Positions 34,701 to 48,749 of a DNA stretch of 64,000 nt are shown piece after piece. The number at the start of each line of letters is the position of its first letter. The stretch's first letter is position 1. The position numbers were made by a program, and so were the translations under genes. Below the pieces are notes generated by a model. The model searched no databases and was not told the DNA's origin. It saw nothing but the letters and a program-made list of their open reading frames with translations. Source of the stretch: Octopus sinensis (Eukaryota); assembly GCF_006345805.1 (NCBI RefSeq), contig NC_043021.1:25172001-25236000 (forward strand). Reading direction: 5' to 3'.

Positions 34701-37700
34701 ACAATATTTCTAATAAAGTACTTCACACCCAATGTGTTTGAATTAAGTTGTGAAATAATCAAGAATTCTGGGGTTGGTATTGAAATAGATAATTTCAAAG
34801 TTGAATCAGGCAGATTCTTCTTGTTAGCCTGTCAGCTGTCATCACATCAAGGTGTGTTGCTGTGTGCAGAGAGTGTCTACATCTGCTCACGACTATCATT
34901 AACAAAAGCATGGTACATGATGGTCCCTGCTGGCTCACTTGTACTCTCCATTAAGTACAGCTTCACCACCTCATACTAACTCCTTGATAATTATTAGGTA
35001 CCACGGTTGCTCTCCCTCCACCCACCTCACACTAAATGATTCAAAGTCACCTGACACAAAACCTGATTTTACAGACTCAGTTGAATCAAACCAAAGCCAC
35101 AAAATGTCAGTAAAAAAAAAACCTTCTTAGAAAAAATTTGGTTTATTTCTTCAGAAAAGTCAATCAACAGATAAAAATTTATTTAAAATACAAAAATTTT
35201 TTTGATATTTTTTTTTCATAAAAAAACAAAAAGTTCAATGTTCGTATTTTCTTTTTTAAATTATTTTTGTCTTGTTTTATGATATCCAGAAAAAAAAGAA
35301 CCTTCTCCTTCCACCCGCTGACAAACATTGTCTCTTCTTCACCCAGCAACACACTCTACTGTCTGCATATAAAATCTACATCAGAAATGAAAAGGATTCT
35401 GTCTACCTTTCAGAAGCAAATAGTTATTTCAGTCACCAAGGTGTCAGAAACATAGCTTTTAGAGAGATTCATCTTTAAATAACTTTCTCCTTAACTGACC
35501 ACAGGTGTATTGTCCAGTTGAATGGAACCACTAATTGCTGCACCAAGAGGAGTTTGCAATAAACGGATGTCACTAAAGTTTGCCATTGTAGAACTTCCAG
35601 GAAGAAATATTCAAATGGATGGGGTTGTTTGCAGGGGTAAAGCTGCAGCCAGTGGGGGGGGGGGCTACACATCAGGTTAGTTTGTTTCAGTTAATTTAAA
35701 TATAACAGCAATAATAGTTTCAAATTTTGGTACAAGGCCAACAATTTTAGGGGGAAGTCGATTAGATCGACCCCAGTATTCAACTGGTACCTTATTTTAT
35801 TGACCTGAAAAGGACAAAAGGCAAGGGTGACCTTGTTAGAATGCAAAGAAGAACCTGGAAAAAATCCTGCTAAACATTTTGTCGAACTCCCAATTCTGCC
35901 AGTTTGGCACCAAAATGACACCCAATTATGGATCCCTTTGGGTTAAACAATTTCTCTCAAAATAAAATACTTGATGAGGGGTAAAAATAAATAAAACTGT
36001 CATCTGTCTTTTCACAGACAATGTGTGTGTGTTGTATATGTATATACATATCAATTATACACACACACACATATTTAGCAAACCAAATATTGTTCTTTTG
36101 CTTCAGAGCTTTAAAAAGAAATGAAGTAAAAAGTGCACCAAATAATTTTGTTAATCCTGTCCCTTGCCCTTTTTTTAATATTTGATTTCATTTAGTTTAT
36201 TATAACCAGTGGCCAGTTTCCTATTCTGGTTTGAAGAGAGAGAATCAGATGGAATGTCCGTTTCATTTATCCACTGAGTTTGGATCCCTCTTCACCTGGT
36301 GCCTTGTGTTGTCCAGTCATCAGCTTCCTTTAACAATTAATACCTGTTGAACCTACTCAGCAACATTACATGAGGCAGGCATTATTATTATTATTATTAT
36401 TATATGTCACAACCGAGATGCTCTTCTCATTATTGAAATAAAGGACAAGGTCAAACAAAAATCCATACAAAATTGCTTTTAAAAATCATTTAGTATCCTA
36501 ATAGTGGTGGTGGTGGTGGTGGGGGGGGGTATTAACGAAATTTTGTGACCAGAGCTCTGTATCAATGAACTGATTTATTGGTTGATTTTTTTGATCTCCA
36601 AAAATTTGTTTCGTTATTATTGACAACAGCAACAGAAAATATGGTTTCCTAGGAAACGGCAATTCTCAACTCATCTTCCACAATAATCAGTTCACTTCTA
36701 CAACAATCTAACATTATCTTTGACATGTTTCAGTCATAGGACTGTGCCCATGCTGGAGCACTGCTTTGAACAGTTTTTAGTCAAACAAGTCAACTCCAGT
36801 ACTTTTCTTTTTTAAAATCTGGCACATATTCAATTGGTCTCTTTTACTGAACTGCTAAGTTATGGGAGGACATAAACACACCAGTATATTTATACAATGG
36901 GCTTCTTTTCAGTTTCCATCTACCAATTCCACTCACAAGGCTTTAGTTGGTCCATGGTTATAGTGGGAGACACTACCCCAAGGTGCCAGGCAGTGGGACT
37001 GAACCCAGAACCATGTGGCTACGATGCAAGCTTCTTAACCCCAAGCCATAAAAATGTGAAGACCAATTTTTTTAAAAAATTTATTAAGTGTTGTCCGATT
37101 AAGGAACGTCTCCAATGTTGTGTCTGTTATGGCATTATGTAATAACAAAACAGACGGTTTTAAATGAAACTATGATTTAAGGGTTATCACAACAATGTCA
37201 GCAACAAAACCTTGATTTGCTAGAAATAGCAGCCAAATCTTCCTCAAATCAAACCCCACAAATAAAACTTTTACCTATCTTTTCACAGAAACTTTGTATA
37301 TGTTGTGGATTCTGCCGCTGGCTTCAATGCACGAAGGCCTAACAACCAATATTACAGACAACCCACACAAAGGATTTATTTTCAGTGGTGAAGGAGAGCC
37401 ACACTTTTTTAAAATGTTTATAGAAGAAAGTTGATGCAAATGTTTTCTACAGATCCAATCAACAGGCATCGGGCTTTTTTATGAAGAGTTTCTCAACCTC
37501 CTGAATTATTTGCGCTTGCCATGGCCAAGAGTCCAACCCAACTTCATAGCCTAAATGTGCACCTGGGCACCAAACCTGGCATTTTTTTTTGTCCCTACAC
37601 ACACCCACATATATACATAGCAGAGCATCAACACAGTGGTGCTAAGAGATCCCATAACATCTCAAATATTTCTAACAAAATATGTTTTAATTCATATAAA

Positions 37701-40197
37701 TCTAAATGAAAACAAAATGAAATTAATCTGATTAAAATTCAAGAAACGATGAATGTTAATTACTGCTTTGTGGAGAAAACCATTGATAGTTCCAGTATTA
37801 AAAGTCTCTAAAGGCAATAATTATACAATCCACCCATGACCATCCCTGGCTCTGGGTCCAAACTTGTTAAGTCATGTTCCAAATACCAAAATTAATAATG
37901 ACTAAGTTATCGAAGTTCTTCATTATTTTCAATATTGACTAAAATAAAAAGGCCGAGTATTTTAAAAGAAGTACGGTAAGAACCCAGTGAAAGACAAGAG
38001 CTGAGTCGAATCAGGGGACCAAAATGGGAAACTGTGAAATTAATATTGCTAAGTTGTAGCAGGATGCACCAAAACAAAGACAATGGTCAGACATACAAGT
38101 TCCATAATGACCGTGTGAGATGGACATGGTCAAGTGAATCAACTGCCATGTATGACTGGTCCAGAGTCTACCAACACCAGAGAAATGAAAGATAGAACTT
38201 TTGTTTTCTAAGTTAGTCAAGAGAAAGGGGTGGGGGACAGACAGCTGACTCCAACAGTATTTCAGCTCATCCATGTAGAGTAGCAGTTCCCAGCACAGGG
38301 ACCACCACTGTAGAAATGGAAGGTCTGTGGGTTGCAGTGCAAAAGATATTAGTTACAATTATTATTCTGTTGCATCTTTTAATTGAGAGATGAATACAAG
38401 AAAAGAAGTTTGTTGCTTGTTAATAAAAATCGATTGGGTAGACAGCGAAAGGGTCTACCTACCTGACCTGGGGTCTGTAGGGTAACTTCATTTCAATAAA
38501 AGGAGTCCTTAATAGTGAAGAAACAGAGGGAACCACAGATATAATGTTGTGACCACTAAATACTTCATTCCATTCACACCTGTGTTGGACAACTCGTTAA
38601 CCTGACAAAACTCTTCAGAAAGATTTCTTGTAAATGCTGAAAAGTTTCATTTATAAAGGAGGAGAAAACATTGTACAAACTCTCAATGTAGTTCGAATGT
38701 GGAATATTGATGATTTGTTTTGTAATCAGAACCAATTCATTACATTAGCTTTGGAATATTGATTATTTATGGATGTCATGGATGATGATGGTGATATATT
38801 GATTAGCTCTAAATGAGTGTGATTAATGACCTCGGAAATAAATTACAATCAACATGAAAAAGCAAAATAACAACAAGGAGTAAAAGACATTTTGCCCCAA
38901 CCAGAATGACTTGAGAATAAGAAATATGCCAATGAAAGAGTCTCCTGCTCCAGAGAAACAAGGACTCGTCACACCTTGGAGTCTTATCCACTGACAGACA
39001 GAAGACAACCTCCAAATCCACGAGGATTATTCCTAATTGCAAGGAACAACATGGAAATAACAGAAAGATTCTTCAGGCAGAACATTAGGTTTTGTAGACC
39101 TTCTCAGAGACACACCAAAATAAAATGGAGCAGGAATTGGAGGAATGGAGAAAGTGTGTAATTGATGATATCCATGAAGTGACATGTCTAACAGCATTGA
39201 TAATGGTTAAGATGTCCTCTTTAAAGATCTAGAGAAGAAACCATTTGGAATCTGTAATCAGAGCGGAAACATCCAAACAAGGAGTAGTAGAAGATATATT
39301 GTGTGGGTGGTTATGTTGAGGAGAAAGTTTCCATTCTAGGTAGAGAATCACTATGGAAACGAAAAGAGACAAATCAAAAATGCAAATGGTTGAAATTCAA
39401 TATTTAAACTTAAAAGAGACTTTAGGACAAAATGGCCTTCATTACTAGAATTGAAATATTGCAGGACTGAGCTTCAGTTCAACTAGTGTGTGTGTGTGTG
39501 TGCAGGCATATATATATATTTACATACACACACTTAAGCTTGCATAGGTTGGACTAAGTTTACAGATTTTCTAATGCTGGATATGTTATTTGTAGTCAAG
39601 CCTCACCTGTTTCTAAGCAAAGTAATATTTCCTCACAGCCAGGGTTTTGCAGAATGTTGGAAATGAATGACACTGCTTAGATAACAGTGGCACTCGTTGG
39701 CAGCCATCATGTGATGTCAAGATGAAGAGAGACACACACACACATTGTGTCATCATCATCAGGATCTGATGGATCCAAGGACCACATTGTGCTCCAATGT
39801 CTGCCTTGGCAGGGCTGCTACAGCTGGATGCCCGTCCTACTTTACAGTGTTGACTAGATGCATTTTTTTTTTCATGCCACCAGCACTAGTGAGGTGACAA
39901 TGCAGTTCACAGGGGGAATTCCTATCTGATCCCAGAAACAGGTGAAGGTTGGCAACAGGAAAGGCATCAGGCCATGCCTCAGTGAACTCCTGTTCAACCC
40001 AATAATGAGGATGATGGTAAGAGACAAAGGCACAGGGCCATGAAAAGGTGTCATTGACTCAACCAACTCCAATGTGTCGTTGCTAATATTTATTTTAGCA
40101 ACACTGCTGAAGTAAAAGGCTGAGTTGACCTTAGTGGGGCTTCAACATGGACAAAACTTAAAAACGTGGCAGCACTCAATGATGGTTTCCAACTTTA

Positions 40198-41195
40198 CAA
40201 GTATGCCATAAAGAATTCCCAATTATTTAAATAAGTCTGTTTTGTTTGAAATTTAGTTTGAAATTGCACAGAAATAATTCAAACCCGTTCCTTGGCATTC
40301 AATTGTTCGTGTATACTTCATTGTTTACCTTCGGTGTGTAGAACATTTCAATTAGGGCAGCTAACAGGAAAAATGAGATTGTAGCTCTGAAAAAATCAGG
40401 ACAGAGCACCAAAGATGTGGCTTCAACGGTTGGTGTTGATCCCAGAACAGTGAATATCATGAAACGCTATTGAGCCAGGTTCAATCACCAACAAGGAAAT
40501 CTTCCAGACAACCATGCGATGGCTCATGCATGAAGACTTTAAAAAAACATGGTGGAGGAGATACAGAGTGCTGGTGACGATGAAAAGATATTCATGACAG
40601 GATTTTGGCCACAAGGTCGGATGCTGTTCTTGAAGGCACCTGTAAAGTGCCTTGTGCAATGAAACCCACCAGAGTGATGGTTTGGGCAGCAGTATCATCT
40701 GATGGTGGGAAATCTCCTCTGGTCAATTTACATGAAAACATTGGAGGATGTTTTGCCATGGGTGACCAAAGCATTTGGAGATAATTACATATTCTTGCAA
40801 GATGGTGCTCCTTCTCATATGTCCAATGTGACACAACAGTGGTGCAGGAGCCATTTCAGCAGGTTCTAGGACAAGAATGTGTTGGCCTTTCTCCAGCCCA
40901 GATCAATCCTGTGGACTTTGTTATTTGATCCATTCTAGAATGTGATGTTTCGAGAATTCCCTTCAAAAATATCACTGCACTGAAGAAGCCCTTAGTTGCA
41001 TCATGGGATCGTTTCAAGTGAAGTCATCGTCCAGCGTTCGTGTAACTATTTACAACGATTGTAAAGGCTAAAGGCGGACACTGAATGCAACTTATTGTTA
41101 TATGACCATCTTTAATTAAATCCTAAAGAACTTGTGTTTTTGTGCCCTTTACTAAAAATGGACAAAAATCAATGGGAATTCTTTACGGCGCCCCG
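40198..41195 (+). mobile_element. Internally deleted maT/DD37D-like transposon
   Basis: TIR cores gcc(a/g)taaagaattccc at both ends. VMVWAAVSSDGGKSPLV and YIFLQDGAPSH. Confidence 0.8.
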
Positions 41196-42266
41196 TCTAG
41201 TACGAGACCAGATCGCTGATCTAAGTGGCCCCAGTATTTAATATTGAGTCGACTGGAGAGAGACCAAAGCTGAAGACAACACAGTAAGTTTGAGCATAAA
41301 GGGACATAACCCAAAAGCATAGAGTACAGTCTCTGGCACCCGATTATCTCCCCTCTTTATTTCGCACATGGCCAGCAGTTTTTGAGAGGAGGGGAAAGTC
41401 TATAACATTGACTCCAGTGTTCACCCCGAGAGGAGGGGAGGAAAAATCAATTCACAAAATGCCACAAACAATTCTGCTAATACTGATAATGATGGTAATT
41501 GTTTTGCAATTATCATGTTTTGTGGGGGGAGCTGGATAGTCAGGTCAATTTCATGATCACCCTCCCCCCCGATGGGATGAGAAGCAGAACCAAGCCCAGT
41601 GGTATCCATCTATGCCAATCCACTACCGCTACAAATGATGATGATGATTCCTACAGAGACAACACAAAACTTAAGATTCCATGGAGAGAGAGAGTAGATG
41701 GGAGTGTGTGATGTTCATCCATTCCCAGAAAGGATCCAGCAGTGGTTGTAAGTGAAATGAAAAAAAAAGGCTCCAATTTGGAATCAAAATAAAAGTTGAG
41801 GACTTTCAGTTTTTACTGGGAACATTATAAATTATAACATTATTCAAGTAATGGAGTTAAGAAGTAATAAACTCGTTAGCGAGAAGGCTTCGTCTACGAG
41901 TCAGGTAGGAATCTCTGTTGAAGACAATTCACTTATACTCATGATGCTAATACTCTGAAGAAACGTCATGTACTCCTCCTCCTCACTTCCTTGGCAATGC
42001 CAATAATAACAATAATAATTAAAATAAAATAATTATCCATTAAAATGATAATAATAATAACGACAATGATTTCTTGCACAGACACAATGCCAGAAATTTG
42101 TGATTGCAAAGAGGGAATGGTTGATATTGAACCCTTCCACCCCATCATCACTATCATCATCATTATAATAACAATAATAATAATAGTAGTAGTAGTAGTA
42201 GTTCCAGAATGGTGGAAACAAAAATGAGATTAGTTGTTGGTGTTAGCAGTATGATGGGTCAGTTGG

Positions 42267-42666
42267 TCATTCCAACACCTCAATCTTCAGCTGTGGATAG
42301 TGACCAGATGTTGATGATACAGACGATGGCATCTGCATACGTTTCCACTCCAGTTTGGCACGGAGATCACTGCCAGTATTGAAGAATGGTCGAGTGTCAG
42401 CATTAATGGAATCGTCTGACCCCTCTTCCTCCTCCTGCTCTTCCTCATCGTCGTCGTCATCATCACTTCTCACAGCTACATGGCCCCTCTCATACTTACT
42501 CATGCCAACATTGTCGCATCTGGATAAAAGCTGTCGAGCATCTTTCACTGGTTTACTGCTGCCTGACAAACTACCTGCCCAGGGCTGTATGCCATGACCA
42601 CCACTGCCAATCCTGTGCGATAACGAGCCACCTCCAATCCTATGTGACACTCTAGAATGACCAGAC
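42267..42666 (-). CDS. NCBP3: NCBP3 exon 12 (terminal coding exon)
   Basis: tttatcttacag acceptor. (R)SGHSRVSHRIG...KDARQLL...HYPQLKIEVLE-TGA versus human DVRHLL and LPSLQIEVS. The 12 exons total 1869 nt, giving 622 aa (human 620 aa, recalled). Confidence 0.88.
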
Positions 42667-44001
42667 CTGTAAGATAAAGAAGACGTTTAATTAGAATTAT
42701 TTGTTCGTTAGTCATTGTCGTGTTTTTTAACAGCGTTCGTTTTTCCATGCTAGCATAGAGTAATGTAGTTGGGAGGGGGGGGCTGCGCTGTAACAGCATT
42801 TCGCTGCATCTCCCATTTGTTGGTGATTCCCTACTATTCCTGGCGGATTGCACCTTTACGCCAACCTCCAACCCATGGGTCTGTTTTGAGGCAGTCATTG
42901 CTGGTGAGAGGGTTTTACGAGGTCAGAGTGTAAATCCTACCTCAACCTCTTTTTATTGCCTTTTATGACAGACAGGGGAAACGGATCTATTCTTTGACAT
43001 GCCAGTCCCCCCCCCACCCCACACACACACCACTAAAGCAAAGTGAAATGAAGAGTTTGCTCAAGAACCCAACCCTCCATCCAGACTGGGAACCAAACCC
43101 ACGAGTGCAGCATGCTTGCAAAAATCTGAGAGAATGTGACAGAGGCAGATTTTCTCTGATTGAATGACCTTTCATTAACTCTTAATTGGAAGAAAAGCCA
43201 CTAAACAGTTTGTCCATCATGCTTAATGAGTTGGTCAAATCACCTTAAAAATAATAATAATAATAAGTTTCAAATTTTAGCACAAAGCTAGCAATACTGA
43301 GAAGAGGGGACGAAAAAGCAATTACATTGACCCCTAGTACTTGATTCGTACTTTAACTCAAAAAGGAGGACCTGGGCAGAATTTGACCTCAGAATGGAAA
43401 GAGCCCAAAGAAATGCCAGAAAGCATTTTGTCCAACATACAATTCTGCCAGCACACCACCACCACCACCTTCCCTGTCAGCAACCCTCATCTGTTTCCAA
43501 GGAATATTTCCCTGTGACCAGACATGTTGGAAACAAAGGGCACCGTTTGTATGACAGTGACACTCGTTTACGACTTTCACCCAATGTCAAAGCAAGGAGA
43601 CAGGATCACACACACACACACACACGCACATGGGGATACAGGGATGTGTGTATACATGGTTCAAATGTACAGAAAACAAAAGACAGGGAGAGGTGGGGGG
43701 GAACAACGAGCAGATGATTTGACATTCAGGTAAACTGGAAAGGTCTCTGCCGTTTCAAGCCTGCACCCTTCAACAGAAAGGGATCAGGGGACAGACAATG
43801 GAGAGAGAAAGAAATGGGTCAGGATTACAGGGTTTCTTTCAGTTTTCACTCCTTACCAAATCCACTTAACAAGGCTTTGTTTGACCTGGGGTTACATTAG
43901 AAGACACTTGCCCATGATGCCACAAAGAGGAACTGAACCCAAAACCATGTGGTCCGGGAGCAAACCCCTTAACCGCTCACCCAACAACGGATTCCTCTCA
44001 C

Positions 44002-44182
44002 CTTTTCGCTTTTAACTCGGCTTCAACATCATCTGCATACATCCTCATCATGCGATGTTTTGCTGGTGGTGGTGCTGCTGCTGTTGCCGCCGCCGCTTCT
44101 GTCGCTGCTGCTGCTGCTGTTGCTGTTGCTGCTGCCTGTTCAGAAGATTCTAAGTCATCATCAAGGTGTCTGCTCGACCAAT
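44002..44182 (-). CDS. NCBP3: NCBP3 exon 11 (Ala-rich tract and MRMYADDVE motif)
   Basis: ttctctgcag / gtgaga. (D)WSSRHLDDDLESSEQAAATATAAAAATEAAAATAAAPPPAKHRMMRMYADDVEAELKAK versus human MKMTMYADEVESQLK. Phase 1 to 2. Confidence 0.92.
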
Positions 44183-44728
44183 CTGCAGAGAAGAAAAAGA
44201 AACAAACTTCAATTTCTGATAAGAATAAAATTAAAAAAACACATTTTACAGTGTTGTCATAGCAACAAGAAAATAAGAAAACTGCAACCATAATGTAGAC
44301 ACACAGACATGGCAGTGCAGTTAAACAGCTTGCTTTCCAACCACATGGTTTGAGGTTCAAGTCCCACTTCAGGGTCCCTTAGTGTTTATGTTTGTGACTC
44401 CCTGTTTTGATATCACATGATAGTTGTAAATGAGTGCCACTGTCATACAAGCAGTGTCGTTTAATTCCCATATTCTGCAAAAACCTGTCTGGCCATGAGA
44501 AGATATTACTTTGCTAGGAAACAGGTGAGCAGTGGCAACAGCAGGGACACCTGGTGGCCATTAGAAAATCCGTTCCAATAGACATCCTCACCATCTTTTT
44601 ATGCCCATGTTCCAGGCTGGCAAAGATTGGATGAAAGAAAGAGATTTAGGGATATTGTAAGGAAGGCCAAAACAACAACAACAACACGGACGAGGAATCC
44701 ATAAAACCACATCAGAAATAGATATTAC

Positions 44729-44826
44729 CTGACACTTCCACTTGATCAGATGTCGTTAGAGTATCCAGATTGTCTTTTATGTTTTCACTGGAAATCTCGT
44801 CCTTCACTGAGCGGATTCGCCGTTTG
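44729..44826 (-). CDS. NCBP3: NCBP3 exon 10
   Basis: ttgattttgtag / gtaata. (R)KRRIRSVKDEISSENIKDNLDTLTTSDQVEVS. Phase 2 to 1. Confidence 0.85.
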
Positions 44827-44870
44827 CTACAAAATCAAAGAAAAATGAGAAATTAGATACTTGTTTCACA

Positions 44871-44902
<32 letters not shown>

Positions 44903-46296
44903 GTTTGTTGATTTGTTTTGTTTTGTTTTTTTGTATAAGTTCCTCTCTCTCCCTTGTCAACTTTGTTGTGTGTGTGTGTTTATTATATCAAAAGCTGACC
45001 ACTTACTCCGAGTTTCACCCTTGGCTGGGCTGTTCACAGCTGTGAGGTAGAGAAAGGGTCTTGTAGATTTATAAGATTAGATGGATGCTGGATGCATTTG
45101 AACTGTTTGTAACAGGTACAGCTGCATGGTTAAGGAGTTCCCTTGGCAGAGAAAGGGATGGGTTTCAATCCTACACTGCAGCAGTATTTTTTTCACAATC
45201 TTATTAACTCCCATCAGCCAAAGTTGACACTTTGGGGAAATTGTTCTGAAGCCTATTGAATTATAGCAGTGTTTGGATAACAGAATTAACCGGTCACCCA
45301 GTTCGATAAAACCATCACTTCTTGACCCTTGGATGTGTTTAGGAGGCCAGGGTTTCCTGCCTGAACAGAACTCATATCTTGAAGTGCCACGTTTTATCAC
45401 AGAAATCCATCAGATGGGATTTCTTCTCCACCAACCCCTTCAAGCATGGTAGGAATGCACAATGTGCTCCCTAAGGATATCAAGAAAAAACAGAAGGGTG
45501 TGAAACAACTACACAACAGAAGAAACCAACAAGAGAGTTTCTACTTGGTCACTTGGTTTGCTAGAAATGGCAACCAAATTTCCTTTCTATTGCAAGCATC
45601 TTAAAAAAAGGCGATACATATTAGATAATTTAGTATGTAGTAAATCTAGAATGACTAAATAGAAAAAGGACAGGATGGTCATGGTGGGAATACTTTTGTA
45701 AAATCATCCTCTGCTCAGGGCTAAACAATAACAACAACAATAGCAACTGATTATTTCTCTCTGCCAACACACTGTTGCAAGATAGGGGCTGACCCCATTG
45801 CTAGACAGAAGTTGACCCTATTCTGGGTTCACCCATCCTTCTGACAGGTCTTGTTTGTCATGCTGAAAGTCTTGCAACTCTGTTCCCTAGTGGTGGCCAT
45901 GCAGGTTTAGAGTCGTCAACACTTGACTCCATAACAAATTGGACTGCACTACAGCCTGTTGCAGGATGGAACCCACAACAACAGTCACACAGACACAAAC
46001 ACACAATCACTTGGGCAAGTACACTCCTGAGAGACAACCTATGAACTTGGGCATTAAGCTATTCCTGTCCTCGGAACACTCAAGTGCTAACCACCTGTCT
46101 TGCTTCCCACACCAGAATCCAACAGAACAAGCAGCAATGGATGACAGCTTTCCAATAATTCTGATGGATGATTGTCACTCAAACTGTTTCTTTTTGCCAA
46201 TTACTCTGGGACTCTTTGTGTGCTAAAGTAATGTACAGCAGCTTCTCTGGGTTGAAAACTAACGAACATCAATACAAAAGCATGCGCGCACACACA

Positions 46297-48048
46297 CGAG
46301 GGTTGGCTGCAAAGTCTTTGAGCTGACTGTGAAGGAGTGATGCTAGAGCTGTGAAATCTTGCATGCATTCATTTCATTGAACCTAAATAACTGCATTGAT
46401 TTTTTCCCAGGTAAACCGACATCTCACTGTTGAAAGAAGACTTTACTAACAAGAAGTAGCAACTTCTCTTAAAAATGGGTTTAACACTCCCCCCCCCCCC
46501 AGGGACATCCATGCTGACACGGTTGCAATATTAGGGGATGATGCTCCAGCTTTATCAACAGTGCAAAAGCGGGCAGCTGGATTTAGGAGGGAAACGAGGA
46601 GTCTTGCAGGCGACTCAGGGTCTCGATACCATACATCTGCCACCACCAAAGCAAACATTAATCATGTTCCCCTCCCCCTTTTTTTTTTTGTTCCTTCTCG
46701 AGCCATGCCTGGCTCATAAGGGCTAGTTTCCTTGGCGTATAGGTTCCCCATCTGGACAGGACGCCGGTCCGTTGCAGATGAGCTGCTAGATGCAGGAGGA
46801 AAGAGTGAGAGAAAGTTGTGGCGAAAGAGTCAGCAGAAGTTCGCCATTACCTTCTGCCGGAGCCACATGGAGCTTAGGTGTTTCGCTCATAAACACACAT
46901 CGCCCGTTCTGAGATTTGAACCCGTGATCCCTCGACTGCGAGTCCGCTGCTCTAACCACTGGGCCATGTGTCTCCACAAATAAATGCGCCCTTTTTAAAG
47001 CCTAGCCAGGCCCATGGGCCCAGTTTCCCGGTTTTATTGGCGTATGTGTCTCCCAGCTGGATGGGACGCCAGTCCATCGCAGCGTTACTCATTTTTGCCA
47101 GCTGAGTGGACTGGAGCAACGTGAAATGAAGTGTTTTGCTCAAGAACGCAACGCGTCGTCTGGTCCAGGAATTGAAACCACAATCTTCCAATCATAATGC
47201 TGATACCCTAACCACTAAGCCACGTACCTCCACAATCATGTTCCCCTATGGTGATGGAGGATAGCACATCCCCAGGACAGAGTGAGTACTGAAGAATATC
47301 CTGCACATGACAAACATTTCCTCTTGGTGCATGGTACCAAGGTTTTCTGTCACCCGATCAAAAGCACACCAGGTTGATCATATGGCAAAATCTGACATTG
47401 TTTGAGGCAGATCCAGCAGGTTTCTTTGAACATTTCCTAACCCAGGGGGGAGTGTTGGGTTCAGAGACAAAAAGAGAATCCATGCAGTGGAAACACCCCC
47501 TCCTCACCTGCTGCAAAGAAGGCCAAGGTCATTTCAAGTGCCTTAGTCTTTTGGGACACAAAAGGTATTGTGTTTATTGACTATTTTCAGAAAGGCCACA
47601 CCATCAATGGGGAGAAATTGCTGAGATAGTTACGAAAGGCTATCAAGACCAAATGCTCAGGAAAACTGATGAAAGGGATCTTGTTTCGTGAGGACAATCT
47701 TCCAGCACACAAGTCCTTGGTTTCAATGGCCACCATGTGTGACTATGGCTTTGAAGTGGTTGATCACCATTCCTGTCCTCCTAATTTGGCCCCCATCTGC
47801 CCATCCTCTGTTCCCTGACATGAAGAAACACTTGGCTGAGAACTAGTATCGCAGGGGATGATGGCGTCATATCTGCTGTTGATGACTTTTTTGACCAACA
47901 GGATGAAAGCTTCTTCCCCAATGGGATCCGAGCACTGCAACACGGATGGAAGTGGTGTGTGGACCGCAAGGGTGGGGTGGACTGTGTTGAAAAACAAACC
48001 ACATTTGGTCACAATCCATGAGAGTTACCTTGGTCAGCCTATGAATTG
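46297..48048 (+). mobile_element. Decayed mariner interrupted by a SINE dimer
   Basis: cgagggttggctgcaaagt TIR-like start. DIHADTVAILGDDAPALSTVQK, ESMQWKHP and FREDNLPAHKS. Confidence 0.85.
46674..47233 (-). mobile_element. Composite of two tRNA-derived SINEs sharing one 14-bp TSD
   Basis: aatcatgttcccct at 46660-46673 and 47234-47247. Both units begin gtggag..ac.tggc..agtggttag on the minus strand. The poly(A) tail is at about 46679-46690. Confidence 0.85.
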
Positions 48049-48173
48049 TTTTATATATATTAATATTTACTTAAATGTTTCTATCTATAATGCAAGTCAT
48101 ACATATGATTGTGTGTGTATATGTATCTATATATACAGAAAGAGAGATGGGGTACACACAGACTTATACTTAC

Positions 48174-48201
48174 CGGGATTTGCTAATGAGGCCTTTCATA
48201 C
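48174..48201 (-). CDS. NCBP3: NCBP3 exon 9 (28-nt micro-exon)
   Basis: ttttctcatttcag / gtaagt. (G)MKGLISKS(R) versus human GMKGILSNSW. Phase 1 to 2. Confidence 0.9.
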
Positions 48202-48749
48202 CTGAAATGAGAAAATGAAACATTTTCAAAAATGAATTTTTTTCCAATAAAATCACCAACCTGACTAATCTTCATTTCTCTGAATCAGGATGAAAGAAAA
48301 CACTAAATGTTATTTTGTCCGGCATTGTGACACCTGACACTTAAAAGATATGACACTTCACACTTACAATAGAATACATTTCTTTTATCAGATTAATCCA
48401 ACATCATTTCCTGCGACACAAAGAATTCTGTGAAATTGCAATGGGGAGTGGAATATCCCATCTTCTGAGTGAAGTTCACAGGAAAGAAATTAAGGAAGAG
48501 AGCCAGCAGAGTTTTACATCCTCTGTGGTTGAGAAACTGGCAGGAATTTCACTGGTCTCTTCTGCCCAAATAATACAAGCCTTGCCAATGCAGACCACCA
48601 CTAATCTCCTGGGATTCTGTTTGATCTAATATTATTTTCAGTCCAGATTTGAGTCAGTACCTAGGGTTATCCAAAACTTAATTCCACCTGAATCCCTCGT
48701 GAATGAGTGACTCAGGTTCAATGTGAAAAATCAAAAGGGTTACTCTTAC

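Noticed and set aside
35290-37420. Acceptor-like sites at 35289 and 37280 followed by short open frames
   Set aside because: No recognisable homology and no consistent phase chain. KIF12 already has a plausible stop at 32997.
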